Shown here: one piece after another, positions 15,751 through 26,077 of the stretch | Layout of the letters: the number at the start of each line of letters is the position of its first letter | How positions within the stretch are numbered: the first letter of the stretch is position 1 | Virus record (IMG/VR): IMGVR_UViG_3300045988_130724 | Coordinates: 1-64,000 of that record | Reading direction: 5' to 3' (one strand) | Origin: a virus | DNA: 64,000 nt | Notes under the pieces: generated by a model | What the model was told of the DNA's origin: nothing | What the model saw: the letters and a program-made list of their open reading frames with translations, nothing else | Databases searched by the model: none | Made by a program: the position numbers and the translations under genes

Positions 15751-18700
15751 TTAATTTATAAATTTACGTTTCAAATCATCAATCTCTTTGTGCAGCTCAA
15801 TTATCTGAGCCTGCAATACTGCCGTATATTGGGCATAGTTCACGGACAGGTAGTGTTCTTTCGTGCTGCCTTTAGACACCAGCTCAGGATACAATTCTAT
15901 CATGTTCTGTGCGATAAACCCTATACTTTCCTTTCCATCCTTGATATAGCTGACAGGGGTGATGAACCCTCTGTTCCGTAGCGGTTTTATACATGACTTT
16001 AAGCGGGCGTCCGAATAAACGGCAACCTCACCTTCTGCAAGGAAGTTTCCGGAAACAGTAAAACGCGAAGCAACAAGGTCCGCTGTACCTTCTCCGTTTA
16101 ATTGAAAATGTACGCCGTTTGTAGATCCATCATCCGAATTGGATACCGCAATCAGCATGCTTCCCCAGTTGTTTACGCGTCTAATACTACCAATTGTATA
16201 TCTCGTTATGAATCCGGCTCCACTTAATATATCTTCCCACCCAATGATAGGTCTACAAGCAGAGCCGCTGTTTGACATTACCGCCATTTGATTAGCCCCG
16301 AATACGCAGTTATCTACATTTTGGAAAATTCTCCACTCGTGCTCCCAATAGTCTGTCATCGTGCTTACGAATGATGCTCTACATTGAAGATCGTTGTAGC
16401 AATAGAGATTCGTGATATTAACAATACCATCCGGCTGGAACTGAGCTACACACCCTGCCGAAGTGTAGAAATCAATGCCATGATAACCCGACATTACGAC
16501 CCTGTTGTTGTAACTAAAATTGATCCCATGCCAAGGATTATAATCATTGTGGACATCATTAGGGTTGACGCCAATCACGTAACACCCAATCTTAGTAAAC
16601 CAACCACTATCCCACATGTGATTAACCCATCCACCGCCAAGGCTCTTGCTTCCCGATGTGGGAATCAGCCCATCAGAACCGAAACTGTAACCGAATCCCG
16701 AACCATTAAGGGATATTTTTTTGCTTCCGTAGATAGTCAAGGAATCATTAGACGCCTCCTTCAAGTATACGTAATCACCGTCACCGAAGTTTATTTTGTT
16801 ACCAAAATTCCCGGCTTTGTTCAGGACTATATTATTAGCGGTCGTAGTTCCGTTTATCGCAAGGTTGCCTGTTATCGTCCCGCCTGCCAAAGGCAGATAC
16901 TTTCCTGTTATAACATCGTCCTCCAATTGGGACAGTTTTGTCGGGTACGCAGGAAGAGGTATCACCCCATTGGATACATTATAAGGAGTCGTGCCCAGCT
17001 TTACCTGCTTGGCATATACATTGCCCAAGTCCGGTATGTGGGAAAAATGGATTCTCTTGGACGTGTCAGACTTGGCAAGCTCATCCCACATGGCATCTAT
17101 ATCCAAACCGCCACCGCCTTTTTTATTCGTCCACTTGTTTTTGATTGAGTCGTAGGTCAATACCTGTCCTTCCGATAGAGGAGTAACCAGGTCTACATCG
17201 TCCAGCATGCCCAATGAGGTTGCACCACTTCCACTACCGGTTGTCGAACCGAACGCAGCAAGGTCTCCCGTAGCGTAGAAATTAACCATAGACCCATCAT
17301 CTTTCTCTACATATACGGCATTATTGGCTGCGTCATATTTCAGCATGGCATTACCGATTTGGACAGAATTGATGGCTTTTATATGAGTGAACGGATATTG
17401 AGGTTCCAATATATATTTGAATTCTGCCGAGCGCAAGAACTTAAATGCCGACAGTAATACACCGACCGTTTCCTCACCGACAAAGAATGACAACGGGTCT
17501 GCATGGAGTGTACCATCTTCTTCCCACCAAAGTGCACCGTTGGCAAAGTAACCCGTACCGTCAAAGCGCACAAGACCTTTGGCAACGTTTTCCGGCACGC
17601 TGCTTTCCGGGTAATCGAATTTGTCCAGCATGGAACCTCCCCACCAGGAAGCAATACCTCCGCCACGCTTGTCGGATTGGTGTACACCGTTCGTACCGCT
17701 CATTATCTTGAAACCGCTTTCCGAGGTGTATCCTAAAGCTAACAATGAGGATTGAATAAGACCACCCTCAATATTGGTATATTCCTTAAGTGCTTTCGTC
17801 AGATAGGATATATCTCCTATATTCTTTGATATTTCCTTGATGGATTCGTTAAGCTTGCCCTGTATATAATTGTTCGCAGCATTGACATTGGCAATAAAAT
17901 CACCGTACTTCAAGTTGAACGCTGAATACTTGCCATCCACCATAGCCACTTCGGTCGCTGTGGTCTTACCGTCCTGAATCACACCGTTAATGGTGTTTAT
18001 AAGCTCCTGTGCCGAGCTATTGAACAAGCGGTACGCGGTTTCCAGCTCCGTCTTTACCACACCTTCATCAAGAAGCTCATTCTCTATAATCTTATTATAG
18101 GATTCTGTTACATCGTTTTTGATGGAATCAATATTATTCAGGTATTTTTTAATCGCAGCCGCTTCCCCTCTGTCTACGATACCATCATTGAATGCTTTAT
18201 CGGTAAAGTCCTTCATTGAACTTACAGTACTGTCCAGCTTTTCAGCCGCTTTCTTCGTTTCTTCGGCTATTTTCTTTGCTTCTTGCGCCAAAGTGTCATC
18301 AGTGTATTTTGATGCAAGCTCCCAATGGGAGATACTAAATGCTTCCCCTGCCTTTTTTGAAGTGTTCGCTCTGAGCATATCGTCCTTGTAAGTGCTACCA
18401 TAGGTCGCATTTACCCACATATCACCTATGTCGTATGCGTCCGAATTCTGCGGTTGTCTCACAAAGATGCGTCTTTTCCCATCTGCGGTATCCTGTGCTT
18501 TTTGAGCGTTTTCCAAAGCCTTGACAATATCCGTATCGGTAATGGCATTCCAATACCATCCCTTTTCTTGTTCATATTGGAACCGGTATGCTTTTCCCTC
18601 CTTGCTGTAATAGAGGTCTCCCAAATGATTGTTCTTCTTCTCATCTGTATCCCAATCGGATGCGGGAAGATTTTCAAGGGTGGGCACCGGGTCGTAAAAC

Positions 18701-21462
18701 CATGTTTCTATCGCACCGTCAACCTGATTCTGGATATTATCTATTTCCTGCTTGATGTACTCTTTCAGAGGGTCTAAATCCTCAATGTACTTTTCAGATG
18801 CTTTTTTGAGAGCATCTTCGATGGTGTCTCCATTGCCGATGGTAGTACCGACCGACAGCTTTCCTTTCAATTCCACGCCTTCACCTTGGGTGAACTTAAC
18901 AAAGCTGTTACCATCACGGTCCCCAATATACGCATCACCGTATACATGGAAAAACGCCTTGTTGTTAGTTTTGTCTACACCATACTCAACATACTCCTTG
19001 TTCAAGTAGGAGTAGGAGTCTATACCGTGATACAGAGTAACACTTGGGCTGAACACATCGGTAGAAGAGAAAACGATGGCATTCTGTGCGTCAATATTGC
19101 TTTCATCCGTCACGTCATTACCGCCAATGCCTTTCCATTTGATTCGTGCACCAAGGTGGGCTACAGTATCACCCTTTGCCGGAATGTCACTGCCTGTGTC
19201 GCAATCCGCCATGCTGAGGTCAATATAGTGCAATTTGTATATGCCGACATTGATAGGCTCTTTGCTTGCCCCTACACATAAACGCCAATAATAATGGTTC
19301 GCCACCTGTTGGTATTCTCCCGGCTTTTTGATATTGAAGTTTTTGCTCTGTACCTGGAAGCCTGCACGGAAGCGGTTCTCCACTTCCACACCGTCCTGCT
19401 CGGCAAGGAAGAAACATCTGTACACGCCTTCGGGAACGCCATTGTCTACCGTTTCTTTATCCATCAATTGGAGTTCACTGCCATCTGCAAGCAATATAGG
19501 ATTCCCGTCTGCCATTGAAAGTATGGGCGTTTGTTCAATGGTGCCCTTGGTCCAAACATCAATAAGCGTAACAGCACCACCCGGAGTTAGAACTATCTTT
19601 CCACCTACAGAATTTACATTTTGTATCTCCAGTGATTCGAAATAGGCTTTCATGCGGACTTTCAGTTTATCAACCTCCGCATAGGTTTGACCTGTTTCCT
19701 TATCAACCATTATGATACCACCTGTACTACCACTGACAAATTTCCCTATTTCAAAAGCTTTGTCAGAGGATAACTTGTGCGGGGTACGGTCATCTTTATC
19801 TTTCCGCAAGAACATGCTTAATGAACGCAAAGCAGAGAATGCATTATTGTCGGTAGCCGGTGTGGAATCATTTCTTTTAATCAGATAAACCCCACTGCCC
19901 CAACCGCCTGTATAAGTCTGACCTTTCAGGGTAAGAGATTCTATCTTGCCTTCGAGGTCCCCTATACGCGAGTAGGCTGCCGTCTCCCCTACTGTATAAA
20001 TCGGAGAATCATAAGGAAAGTCAAGATTAAACTCGTATCCGATAACCCTTGACTGCCTTCCGTTCTCAAAATAAGCCTTATTGATTAAGTTAACCTTCTG
20101 ACCGATGCCGTAGAGATTGTGCACTCCGTCCTCACTGTATGCGACATCGGACATCATCATACAGTTGTAAGTGTTGGGGTCTATCTTTGACTTGGCAACG
20201 TACTTCTCGGCTTTGTCCTTCAATTCCTGCTCGGCAGACGATACAAGCCCTAATTCGGCTATCTTCGTGCTGTCCCAACCGGATAGAATATAAGTATCCC
20301 CATTCTCAGGAATAAGCACTCCGTCCGGAAGCGGTCTGCCGTAGTTCTCATTTCTGACTATTTCCCAAAGTTGTTCATTCTTATTGTCAGGGTCGAATGT
20401 CACAGCGAATTCCATACCATTCAACTTGCCGGATTGGAAAATGATTTTCAATTCCTCACCGGGAAGGATATAGTCCTTTGAGAAGGTAATGCCGGTATCC
20501 TTGAAGCGGTAGGCATTCCATTTTTTCTCGGTGGTTGTGCCGTCCTCATTCTCCACCTTGTCTGTCACCTCAATAGTTGTGACATCCGACATGGTGCCGA
20601 CCCTTCGGGGATAGACTTCATCGAAGATAACCACTTGTTCAATGGCTTCCTCGGTAGTCATATCAGGATAAGCGTCTATGTACGGAGTTCCGTCGGGCAA
20701 CATTAAGCGTTTTTGCACAACGCCGTTCACAACCACCGACTCATCAACCGGACGGTAGTTGGAAGGGATATTCCTTGTGGAACCGAAAGCATATATTCGG
20801 GTGGCGTAGGTTGATTGGGAATCGGAACGTGACATCTCTACAACGTTCACCCCGATTTCAAAGTTAACCGCATCGCCAGACTCGCAACGTCCGAAATGGA
20901 TGATGTTTTCAGTCACCCAACATTCGCAATCCCATTTCTTCGCCATCTCAAAACAGGCGTCAAGGATGTTGATGTTGTCATAAGTCATCAGTAGTGCCTT
21001 ATTCTCTACAGTGCTGTCAATGGAGAAAACAAAATCCTGTCCTTTATACTTATAGCCAAGAGCTTTCAGATTTCTAAGGACTATACCGGCTTGAACATCA
21101 AGTGAAGCGGTGAGATTCCAGGACGCTTCCTGCCCTGCCGTTTCCGGGGTGTATTTGAAGACTTTGTTTTTCCATTTCCAATAATGGGAGCCAAGCTGCA
21201 ATTCATAATCATATCCTCCCGTATTGGCGTTGAAGATGGGTTTTTGCAAGTCGCACACCTCGAACAGTCCAAACTCGCATTCCACGTATGATCCTAGCTT
21301 GAAGTATATGGGGTTATCCAAAGAAAATTTCAACGTGATGTAATCTTCCTTCATCAACGTAAACTTCCGCTTGCAACCGCCATTGGGAAGGATTGAAAGG
21401 ATAATATCTCCTGATATGTTTTTAATGTCTATTAGTCCCATACAAGTATTGTATAGCTTCAT
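15751..21462 (-). CDS. giant tail tip / fibre protein with a C-terminal S74 intramolecular-chaperone domain
   Basis: 1903 aa, positioned after the tape measure and a small tail protein. The C-terminus 'SDARLKSCIKPL...IGFIAQNMIELYPELV...YAQYTAVLQAQIIELHKEIDDLK' matches the endosialidase-chaperone (peptidase S74) pattern. Confidence 0.8.
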   Translation of the reverse strand: MKLYNTCMGLIDIKNISGDIILSILPNGGCKRKFTLMKEDYITLKFSLDNPIYFKLGSYVECEFGLFEVCDLQKPIFNANTGGYDYELQLGSHYWKWKNKVFKYTPETAGQEASWNLTASLDVQAGIVLRNLKALGYKYKGQDFVFSIDSTVENKALLMTYDNINILDACFEMAKKWDCECWVTENIIHFGRCESGDAVNFEIGVNVVEMSRSDSQSTYATRIYAFGSTRNIPSNYRPVDESVVVNGVVQKRLMLPDGTPYIDAYPDMTTEEAIEQVVIFDEVYPRRVGTMSDVTTIEVTDKVENEDGTTTEKKWNAYRFKDTGITFSKDYILPGEELKIIFQSGKLNGMEFAVTFDPDNKNEQLWEIVRNENYGRPLPDGVLIPENGDTYILSGWDSTKIAELGLVSSAEQELKDKAEKYVAKSKIDPNTYNCMMMSDVAYSEDGVHNLYGIGQKVNLINKAYFENGRQSRVIGYEFNLDFPYDSPIYTVGETAAYSRIGDLEGKIESLTLKGQTYTGGWGSGVYLIKRNDSTPATDNNAFSALRSLSMFLRKDKDDRTPHKLSSDKAFEIGKFVSGSTGGIIMVDKETGQTYAEVDKLKVRMKAYFESLEIQNVNSVGGKIVLTPGGAVTLIDVWTKGTIEQTPILSMADGNPILLADGSELQLMDKETVDNGVPEGVYRCFFLAEQDGVEVENRFRAGFQVQSKNFNIKKPGEYQQVANHYYWRLCVGASKEPINVGIYKLHYIDLSMADCDTGSDIPAKGDTVAHLGARIKWKGIGGNDVTDESNIDAQNAIVFSSTDVFSPSVTLYHGIDSYSYLNKEYVEYGVDKTNNKAFFHVYGDAYIGDRDGNSFVKFTQGEGVELKGKLSVGTTIGNGDTIEDALKKASEKYIEDLDPLKEYIKQEIDNIQNQVDGAIETWFYDPVPTLENLPASDWDTDEKKNNHLGDLYYSKEGKAYRFQYEQEKGWYWNAITDTDIVKALENAQKAQDTADGKRRIFVRQPQNSDAYDIGDMWVNATYGSTYKDDMLRANTSKKAGEAFSISHWELASKYTDDTLAQEAKKIAEETKKAAEKLDSTVSSMKDFTDKAFNDGIVDRGEAAAIKKYLNNIDSIKNDVTESYNKIIENELLDEGVVKTELETAYRLFNSSAQELINTINGVIQDGKTTATEVAMVDGKYSAFNLKYGDFIANVNAANNYIQGKLNESIKEISKNIGDISYLTKALKEYTNIEGGLIQSSLLALGYTSESGFKIMSGTNGVHQSDKRGGGIASWWGGSMLDKFDYPESSVPENVAKGLVRFDGTGYFANGALWWEEDGTLHADPLSFFVGEETVGVLLSAFKFLRSAEFKYILEPQYPFTHIKAINSVQIGNAMLKYDAANNAVYVEKDDGSMVNFYATGDLAAFGSTTGSGSGATSLGMLDDVDLVTPLSEGQVLTYDSIKNKWTNKKGGGGLDIDAMWDELAKSDTSKRIHFSHIPDLGNVYAKQVKLGTTPYNVSNGVIPLPAYPTKLSQLEDDVITGKYLPLAGGTITGNLAINGTTTANNIVLNKAGNFGNKINFGDGDYVYLKEASNDSLTIYGSKKISLNGSGFGYSFGSDGLIPTSGSKSLGGGWVNHMWDSGWFTKIGCYVIGVNPNDVHNDYNPWHGINFSYNNRVVMSGYHGIDFYTSAGCVAQFQPDGIVNITNLYCYNDLQCRASFVSTMTDYWEHEWRIFQNVDNCVFGANQMAVMSNSGSACRPIIGWEDILSGAGFITRYTIGSIRRVNNWGSMLIAVSNSDDGSTNGVHFQLNGEGTADLVASRFTVSGNFLAEGEVAVYSDARLKSCIKPLRNRGFITPVSYIKDGKESIGFIAQNMIELYPELVSKGSTKEHYLSVNYAQYTAVLQAQIIELHKEIDDLKRKFIN

Positions 21463-21523
21463 ACAATGTTATGTAGCAAATATACAAATAAATCACATGA
21501 TAGCATTATATTCAAAGAAAAAA

Positions 21524-21940
21524 TCACGTTGTCCTATCCGCAGGATTAGGTTCCACTAATTTCAAGGAGAAACTAGCGATTCCCCTCATAAACTGTGTAA
21601 ATTGGTTACATGACAAATAAATAGTCTTATACACAACATTTGGCTGATATTTGCTTCTGATATGTAATACCCCAGTGGCGAGTTCTTCACAAAAAGAATT
21701 ATATCTAACAAAAAACTGATCTTCGCTTTTAGCCGTAAGATTAAATGTAAGTGTAATATTCCTTTCATCAACCCTGGGATTTGAAGTTATAACTCGCTTG
21801 CCGTTTTCCAGGCGTGACTTGTTTTCTATAAACTCTTTCATCGGCGGTGGTGTCATTAACGCCGATAAAGAAGAGGTATCCATACTTATTCCCCATGTGG
21901 TATAAGCATCCTTGTCATTTATATAAAATTCTCCTTCCAT
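21524..21940 (-). CDS. small tail protein (distal-tail-protein position)
   Basis: 138-aa ORF directly after the tape measure gene. Confidence 0.4.
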   Translation of the reverse strand: MEGEFYINDKDAYTTWGISMDTSSLSALMTPPPMKEFIENKSRLENGKRVITSNPRVDERNITLTFNLTAKSEDQFFVRYNSFCEELATGVLHIRSKYQPNVVYKTIYLSCNQFTQFMRGIASFSLKLVEPNPADRTT

Positions 21941-21941
21941 G

Positions 21942-24900
21942 TTACATATTTTTAGTATTATCTACTATCTTATCTAATTTCGATCCTAATTCAAGGATAA
22001 GCTTTGTGTATTTTACGATATCTTCCAAATAACCGTTAGTAATCACATGCTGATTCAAGATGTTACCCAACGTAGCATTGCCCTCCGTTGAGATAGAGAC
22101 CAAAGATCCTATGCCGACAACAACATTTATCATTTGGCTCTTTATTTCCTCATTTGAAATCTGCAATGCTGTAAACCTACCGCTTAGTTCTCCTGCATCT
22201 TCATGTGTCATTTCAGTGCCAAACCCTCGTTGAGAACCGCCTTGTTGGGGTGTGCTATCTCCGGTCCAACCCATAGCATCTTTTAAAGCATTCCGTTCCG
22301 CAAGAGCTTCTGCGACAATGGCGTCCCATTCCGCTTGCGACTTTTCCATTTCTTCCTTGGTTATACCTGCCTTATCATCGTTAGCCTTAGCAAAACTATC
22401 ATACCAAGCTTGCAACTTGTCTTTGTACTTATTTCCTACCATTGTAGTGAGAATAGCACGTTGCATATATTGCTCAAAATTCTTAGAGAAGTCCTCTGCG
22501 GAACTGTCCATATTTATAAGCATGTCTACAAAGCTGTCAAACACGCTGTCAAAAGACACTTGCGTAAGTTGTTCTTTGATTTGGTTCTGAATATCCTTTA
22601 TACGCTCTTCGCCATCAATAATCCCTTGCAGATATTCACGTACATCATCATCCAACTTTGACCAAAAAATATCAGCTTCTTTCAGTTTCTCAACTTGTTC
22701 TGCTGACAGGTCGAAAAGTCCTGTCATTCTTCCACTTGTCGCTTTATCAAAATCAGCTCCAAGGGCTTCACGTGCTTGTTCCCATCCTTCCTTGCTCATA
22801 CCCTTGCGGATTCGTACGCCAATAGAGTGAGAACCTGCGGATGCACCTGCGTTCAGTCTTTCTTTACCAAGAATACGGTAACTTTCAATACTTTTTTCCG
22901 CCAACTCCAATGCCTCTTTCCCGACCTTATTAGCTTCTACACCGTATGAGGTATTAATGTATTCTTTCTTTTTGTCAATCAATTCGTCCCAAATGGAGTT
23001 AAGCGTATCGTACTGTTCCTTCATAGTGTTGTAGTGCGAGTAGTCAGCACCAAACATTCCATCAAGCGCAGACACAACAGAAGAGATTCCGTTGACTGCA
23101 CTCATGGCACCACCTACGATGTCACCGCTCATAATCTGACCGACACCTGCCGCTGTTTGTCCTAAACCGCTAACAGCATCAATTGCTCCTTGTACTTTTG
23201 AATCGTCAAATCCGAAGATACTCCCTATGTTGGAGCTAAACTCTTTGAGCGGACCGGAAAATTCAACGACTGCATTTCCTATTTTCGATATTCCAATACC
23301 AATCGCATCCGTATCACCTTTAGCGTTTTTAAGGTAACTGATTCCATTTTTAATGTCCTCCGTAAACTTCTTGAACGGTGATTTACCTGAAAGCGTATCC
23401 TTTAAATTCTTGGTAGAATCGGTAATATCCTTGATGTTGATTGTGCCGTCCTCTATGCTTTTAAGGTCTTTATCGGTAAATCCTACGGTTTTCAAATCTT
23501 CAACGGTAACACCATTCTCTCCAGAAAGGTATGACACAAGTAGCTCGTACTTATCAATGACAGCTTGAATGGCGTTTACCGACTTGTCGGAAGCGTCTTC
23601 AAAGAGGTCCGCCATTGCCTTGGTTGATTTCCCATATTGTTCATCCAATGAAGATAATTCGCTTGCCTGTCTTGCCCTTGCGGATGCAATCTCTCCATTG
23701 TTACCCCCCCTCTTTATGATGTCCGCTATTTCATCTTCGTACTTCTGCGTGATAGCCTTTCTCTTTTCCTGGTAATCGCCAAACGCAATGAAGTATTCCT
23801 GCCATGCTTTTTTGTCAGCATCAAGTTTCTCTTTATTTGTGTCTTTTACATTATTCTCATATTTCTTGTAAGCGTTTTCTTCGGATTCAGCCAACTGAGC
23901 TTCCTGCTCATCAGTAAGTTTGCCTTTTTGCTTTTTATTCCATTCCTCACGTTGCTTTTCAATGGCATCAAGCTCTTTCTGATAATCCAAATCTATCTGC
24001 GCCAACTTCTTTTCAGTTCCGTCAGCCATGAGATTTATTTCGTCCTGTTGGTTCTTACGACGGATGGAAAGAAGTTCTTCAGCAAGTTGCTCTTGCTGTT
24101 TTAGTCTGTCTTCCACTTCTTTTTTGGAATGGCTTTTTTGTTTAGCCAGTTCATTTCCAGTTGCTCCACCCAACTCTTTATATGCCTTTTCAGCGGATAA
24201 CATCTTATCCCTGGATTCTTTCACCTGTTTCGATGTAGCCGCCTTATCTTTGATTAATGCCTCATATCCTTTTTTCGCTTTTTCCCATTCGGCTTTAGCA
24301 TTTGCCAAATCTTCCTGATATGTAGTTTCTTTTGTTCCCTGTTTGTTCTCAATTTCCAATTGGGCATTGATTTCCGACAAGACATCCTTTCTTGCGTTTG
24401 CCAATTCATTTTTCAGGTCTTCGATACGCTGTGCCTGAACCTTCATCTCGGAACGGTTGTTCTCCTTCTTAGCTAAATTATAAGCCCATTCCGCACTTTT
24501 TATCTGTTGTTCCAAGGACTCGACTATAGCCTGCTTTGACTGTGTTCTAGATTTTACAACTTCTTCATTATATGCCTTCCAAAAACCAATCAAATCCTGT
24601 ATATGACCTTTCTCATCAACATATTTCCTAAAGAGTGCTGGGTATAGTTCCTCAATATCTTTTAAAGCTTTTAGTTTAGTAACATCGGCTTCCACCTCGC
24701 TATTAATGGTGCTAACAAGACCTTCCAAAATACGTTTCCGATCTTCCTCGTCCGTGTTGAGTTTTTCTATTTTCTTGTTATATGAATCTAAAGCACGTTC
24801 TGCTGACGTTGTATTATCAGATAACGACCACATTGCAACTCCAAGCCCTACAACAGCAGCTGACAATAACACATACGGATTAGTAAGCATAACAGCGTTC

Positions 24901-25892
24901 AAAGCTTTTTGTGCCGTTGTTTGCAAAACCAGCCATCCGTAGTGGGCACGTTCGGCAATAGTTAGAACGGCAATACCTGAAGCTTGTAAAGCTTGCAAAG
25001 CCGTGACTGTCATCACAGCCACTTTATATACGCCATAAGTTGCTACAAGACTAATAAGGATTTTCCCTACTTTCTCATAATTCTCAACCAAATAAGAGAC
25101 ACCGGACAGAGCTTCGTTTATAATTCCTTCATTGGCTTTCCCTATCTCATTGAACATGGTGGAAACAGCATCCTCTATATTAGAAATTTGCCCAGTGATT
25201 GTCTTGGACTGTTCTTGCATAAGGTTGTAGAACATTCCTCCCTCGTTTGTAAGGTTTTGGATGACTTTCTGGACTTCCGGGAATCCCACTTTCCCTGCTT
25301 CCACTAGACTTTTTACTTCTCCTTCTGCTACTCCGAATACTTTTGCCAATTCGCGAATCATAGGAATACCACGACCTGTAAACTGATTTAAATCTGCGGT
25401 ATATAACCGTCCTTGCGTCATGGTAGTACCATACAAATACACAATATCACCAAGTGGCTGAGAAAGACCTGCGGCTATGTTTCCAAGACGTATCAAGTTG
25501 TCATTTACGTTTTCAACATTTTCTCCATAAGCAAGAAGTTGTTTAGCTCCATTTGCTACGCCTTGAAGGTCAAAAGGAGTGATAGCAGCCGTTTTTACCA
25601 ATTGCTGCATGAGGGCATTCGCCTTATCCTCACTGCCAAGCATTGTCTTAAATGCAACTTCCAATTGTTGGAATTCTCCTCGGACTTGTGCAATATTTGA
25701 AATTAATTCTTTTGCAGTAAAACCAGCTCCGAATGCTGCGGCAGCTCTAGTCATACGGTTAAACAGTTCTTCAATACCTAAACCGCTTTGCTCTATTTGC
25801 TTGGACGTGTTTTTTACACCATTCTCTACTTCACGAAGTCTACGTAAGAAATTAGAATTATCACCTGTAATGTCAAAATGTATTCCAGCCAT
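21942..25892 (-). CDS. tail tape measure protein
   Basis: 1316 aa. It has a long coiled-coil K/E-rich centre and hydrophobic, Gly-rich segments. Its position between the chaperone and tail-tip genes also fits. Confidence 0.9.
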   Translation of the reverse strand: MAGIHFDITGDNSNFLRRLREVENGVKNTSKQIEQSGLGIEELFNRMTRAAAAFGAGFTAKELISNIAQVRGEFQQLEVAFKTMLGSEDKANALMQQLVKTAAITPFDLQGVANGAKQLLAYGENVENVNDNLIRLGNIAAGLSQPLGDIVYLYGTTMTQGRLYTADLNQFTGRGIPMIRELAKVFGVAEGEVKSLVEAGKVGFPEVQKVIQNLTNEGGMFYNLMQEQSKTITGQISNIEDAVSTMFNEIGKANEGIINEALSGVSYLVENYEKVGKILISLVATYGVYKVAVMTVTALQALQASGIAVLTIAERAHYGWLVLQTTAQKALNAVMLTNPYVLLSAAVVGLGVAMWSLSDNTTSAERALDSYNKKIEKLNTDEEDRKRILEGLVSTINSEVEADVTKLKALKDIEELYPALFRKYVDEKGHIQDLIGFWKAYNEEVVKSRTQSKQAIVESLEQQIKSAEWAYNLAKKENNRSEMKVQAQRIEDLKNELANARKDVLSEINAQLEIENKQGTKETTYQEDLANAKAEWEKAKKGYEALIKDKAATSKQVKESRDKMLSAEKAYKELGGATGNELAKQKSHSKKEVEDRLKQQEQLAEELLSIRRKNQQDEINLMADGTEKKLAQIDLDYQKELDAIEKQREEWNKKQKGKLTDEQEAQLAESEENAYKKYENNVKDTNKEKLDADKKAWQEYFIAFGDYQEKRKAITQKYEDEIADIIKRGGNNGEIASARARQASELSSLDEQYGKSTKAMADLFEDASDKSVNAIQAVIDKYELLVSYLSGENGVTVEDLKTVGFTDKDLKSIEDGTINIKDITDSTKNLKDTLSGKSPFKKFTEDIKNGISYLKNAKGDTDAIGIGISKIGNAVVEFSGPLKEFSSNIGSIFGFDDSKVQGAIDAVSGLGQTAAGVGQIMSGDIVGGAMSAVNGISSVVSALDGMFGADYSHYNTMKEQYDTLNSIWDELIDKKKEYINTSYGVEANKVGKEALELAEKSIESYRILGKERLNAGASAGSHSIGVRIRKGMSKEGWEQAREALGADFDKATSGRMTGLFDLSAEQVEKLKEADIFWSKLDDDVREYLQGIIDGEERIKDIQNQIKEQLTQVSFDSVFDSFVDMLINMDSSAEDFSKNFEQYMQRAILTTMVGNKYKDKLQAWYDSFAKANDDKAGITKEEMEKSQAEWDAIVAEALAERNALKDAMGWTGDSTPQQGGSQRGFGTEMTHEDAGELSGRFTALQISNEEIKSQMINVVVGIGSLVSISTEGNATLGNILNQHVITNGYLEDIVKYTKLILELGSKLDKIVDNTKNM

Positions 25893-25938
25893 AGGTCTTT
25901 TCGATAGAAATAGTTCCGTGCAACATCACACGGCATTG

Positions 25939-25946
25939 CAAATATA
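25939..25946 (-). promoter_or_regulatory. candidate -7 box (TATATTTG on - strand) upstream of the tape measure gene
   Basis: The plus strand reads caaatata, 47 nt upstream of the ATG at 25892. The nearest -33-like TTTG has a spacer that is somewhat too long. Confidence 0.3.
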
Positions 25947-26017
25947 ACAATAAATGACATAGTTAGAGCCACAAACACACAAAATATATTCAACTGTTTA
26001 TTTTTCCTATCTTTAAT

Positions 26018-26048
26018 TTTGTTTATATTATTATATAAATTACATTTG
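26018..26048 (+). promoter_or_regulatory. Bacteroides-type promoter of the + strand moron
   Basis: TTTG at 26018-26021, a 19-nt spacer, and TACATTTG at 26041-26048 (TAnnTTTG). The ATG at 26078 lies 30 nt downstream. Confidence 0.55.
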
Positions 26049-26077
26049 TACAATATTACAAAGTAAAAAGCAGAGCA

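Noticed and set aside
16384-17148. 254-aa + strand ORF
   Set aside because: It lies entirely antisense within the 1903-aa tail gene and has no start context, promoter or recognisable motif. It is typical of a shadow ORF. The same applies to the other + strand ORFs inside 15751-25892.
21477-21484. caaatata (TATATTTG on the - strand) 15 nt upstream of the 1903-aa tail gene ATG
   Set aside because: The leader would be only a few nucleotides long and there is no -33 element. It is noted as part of the motif family but not reported as a feature.
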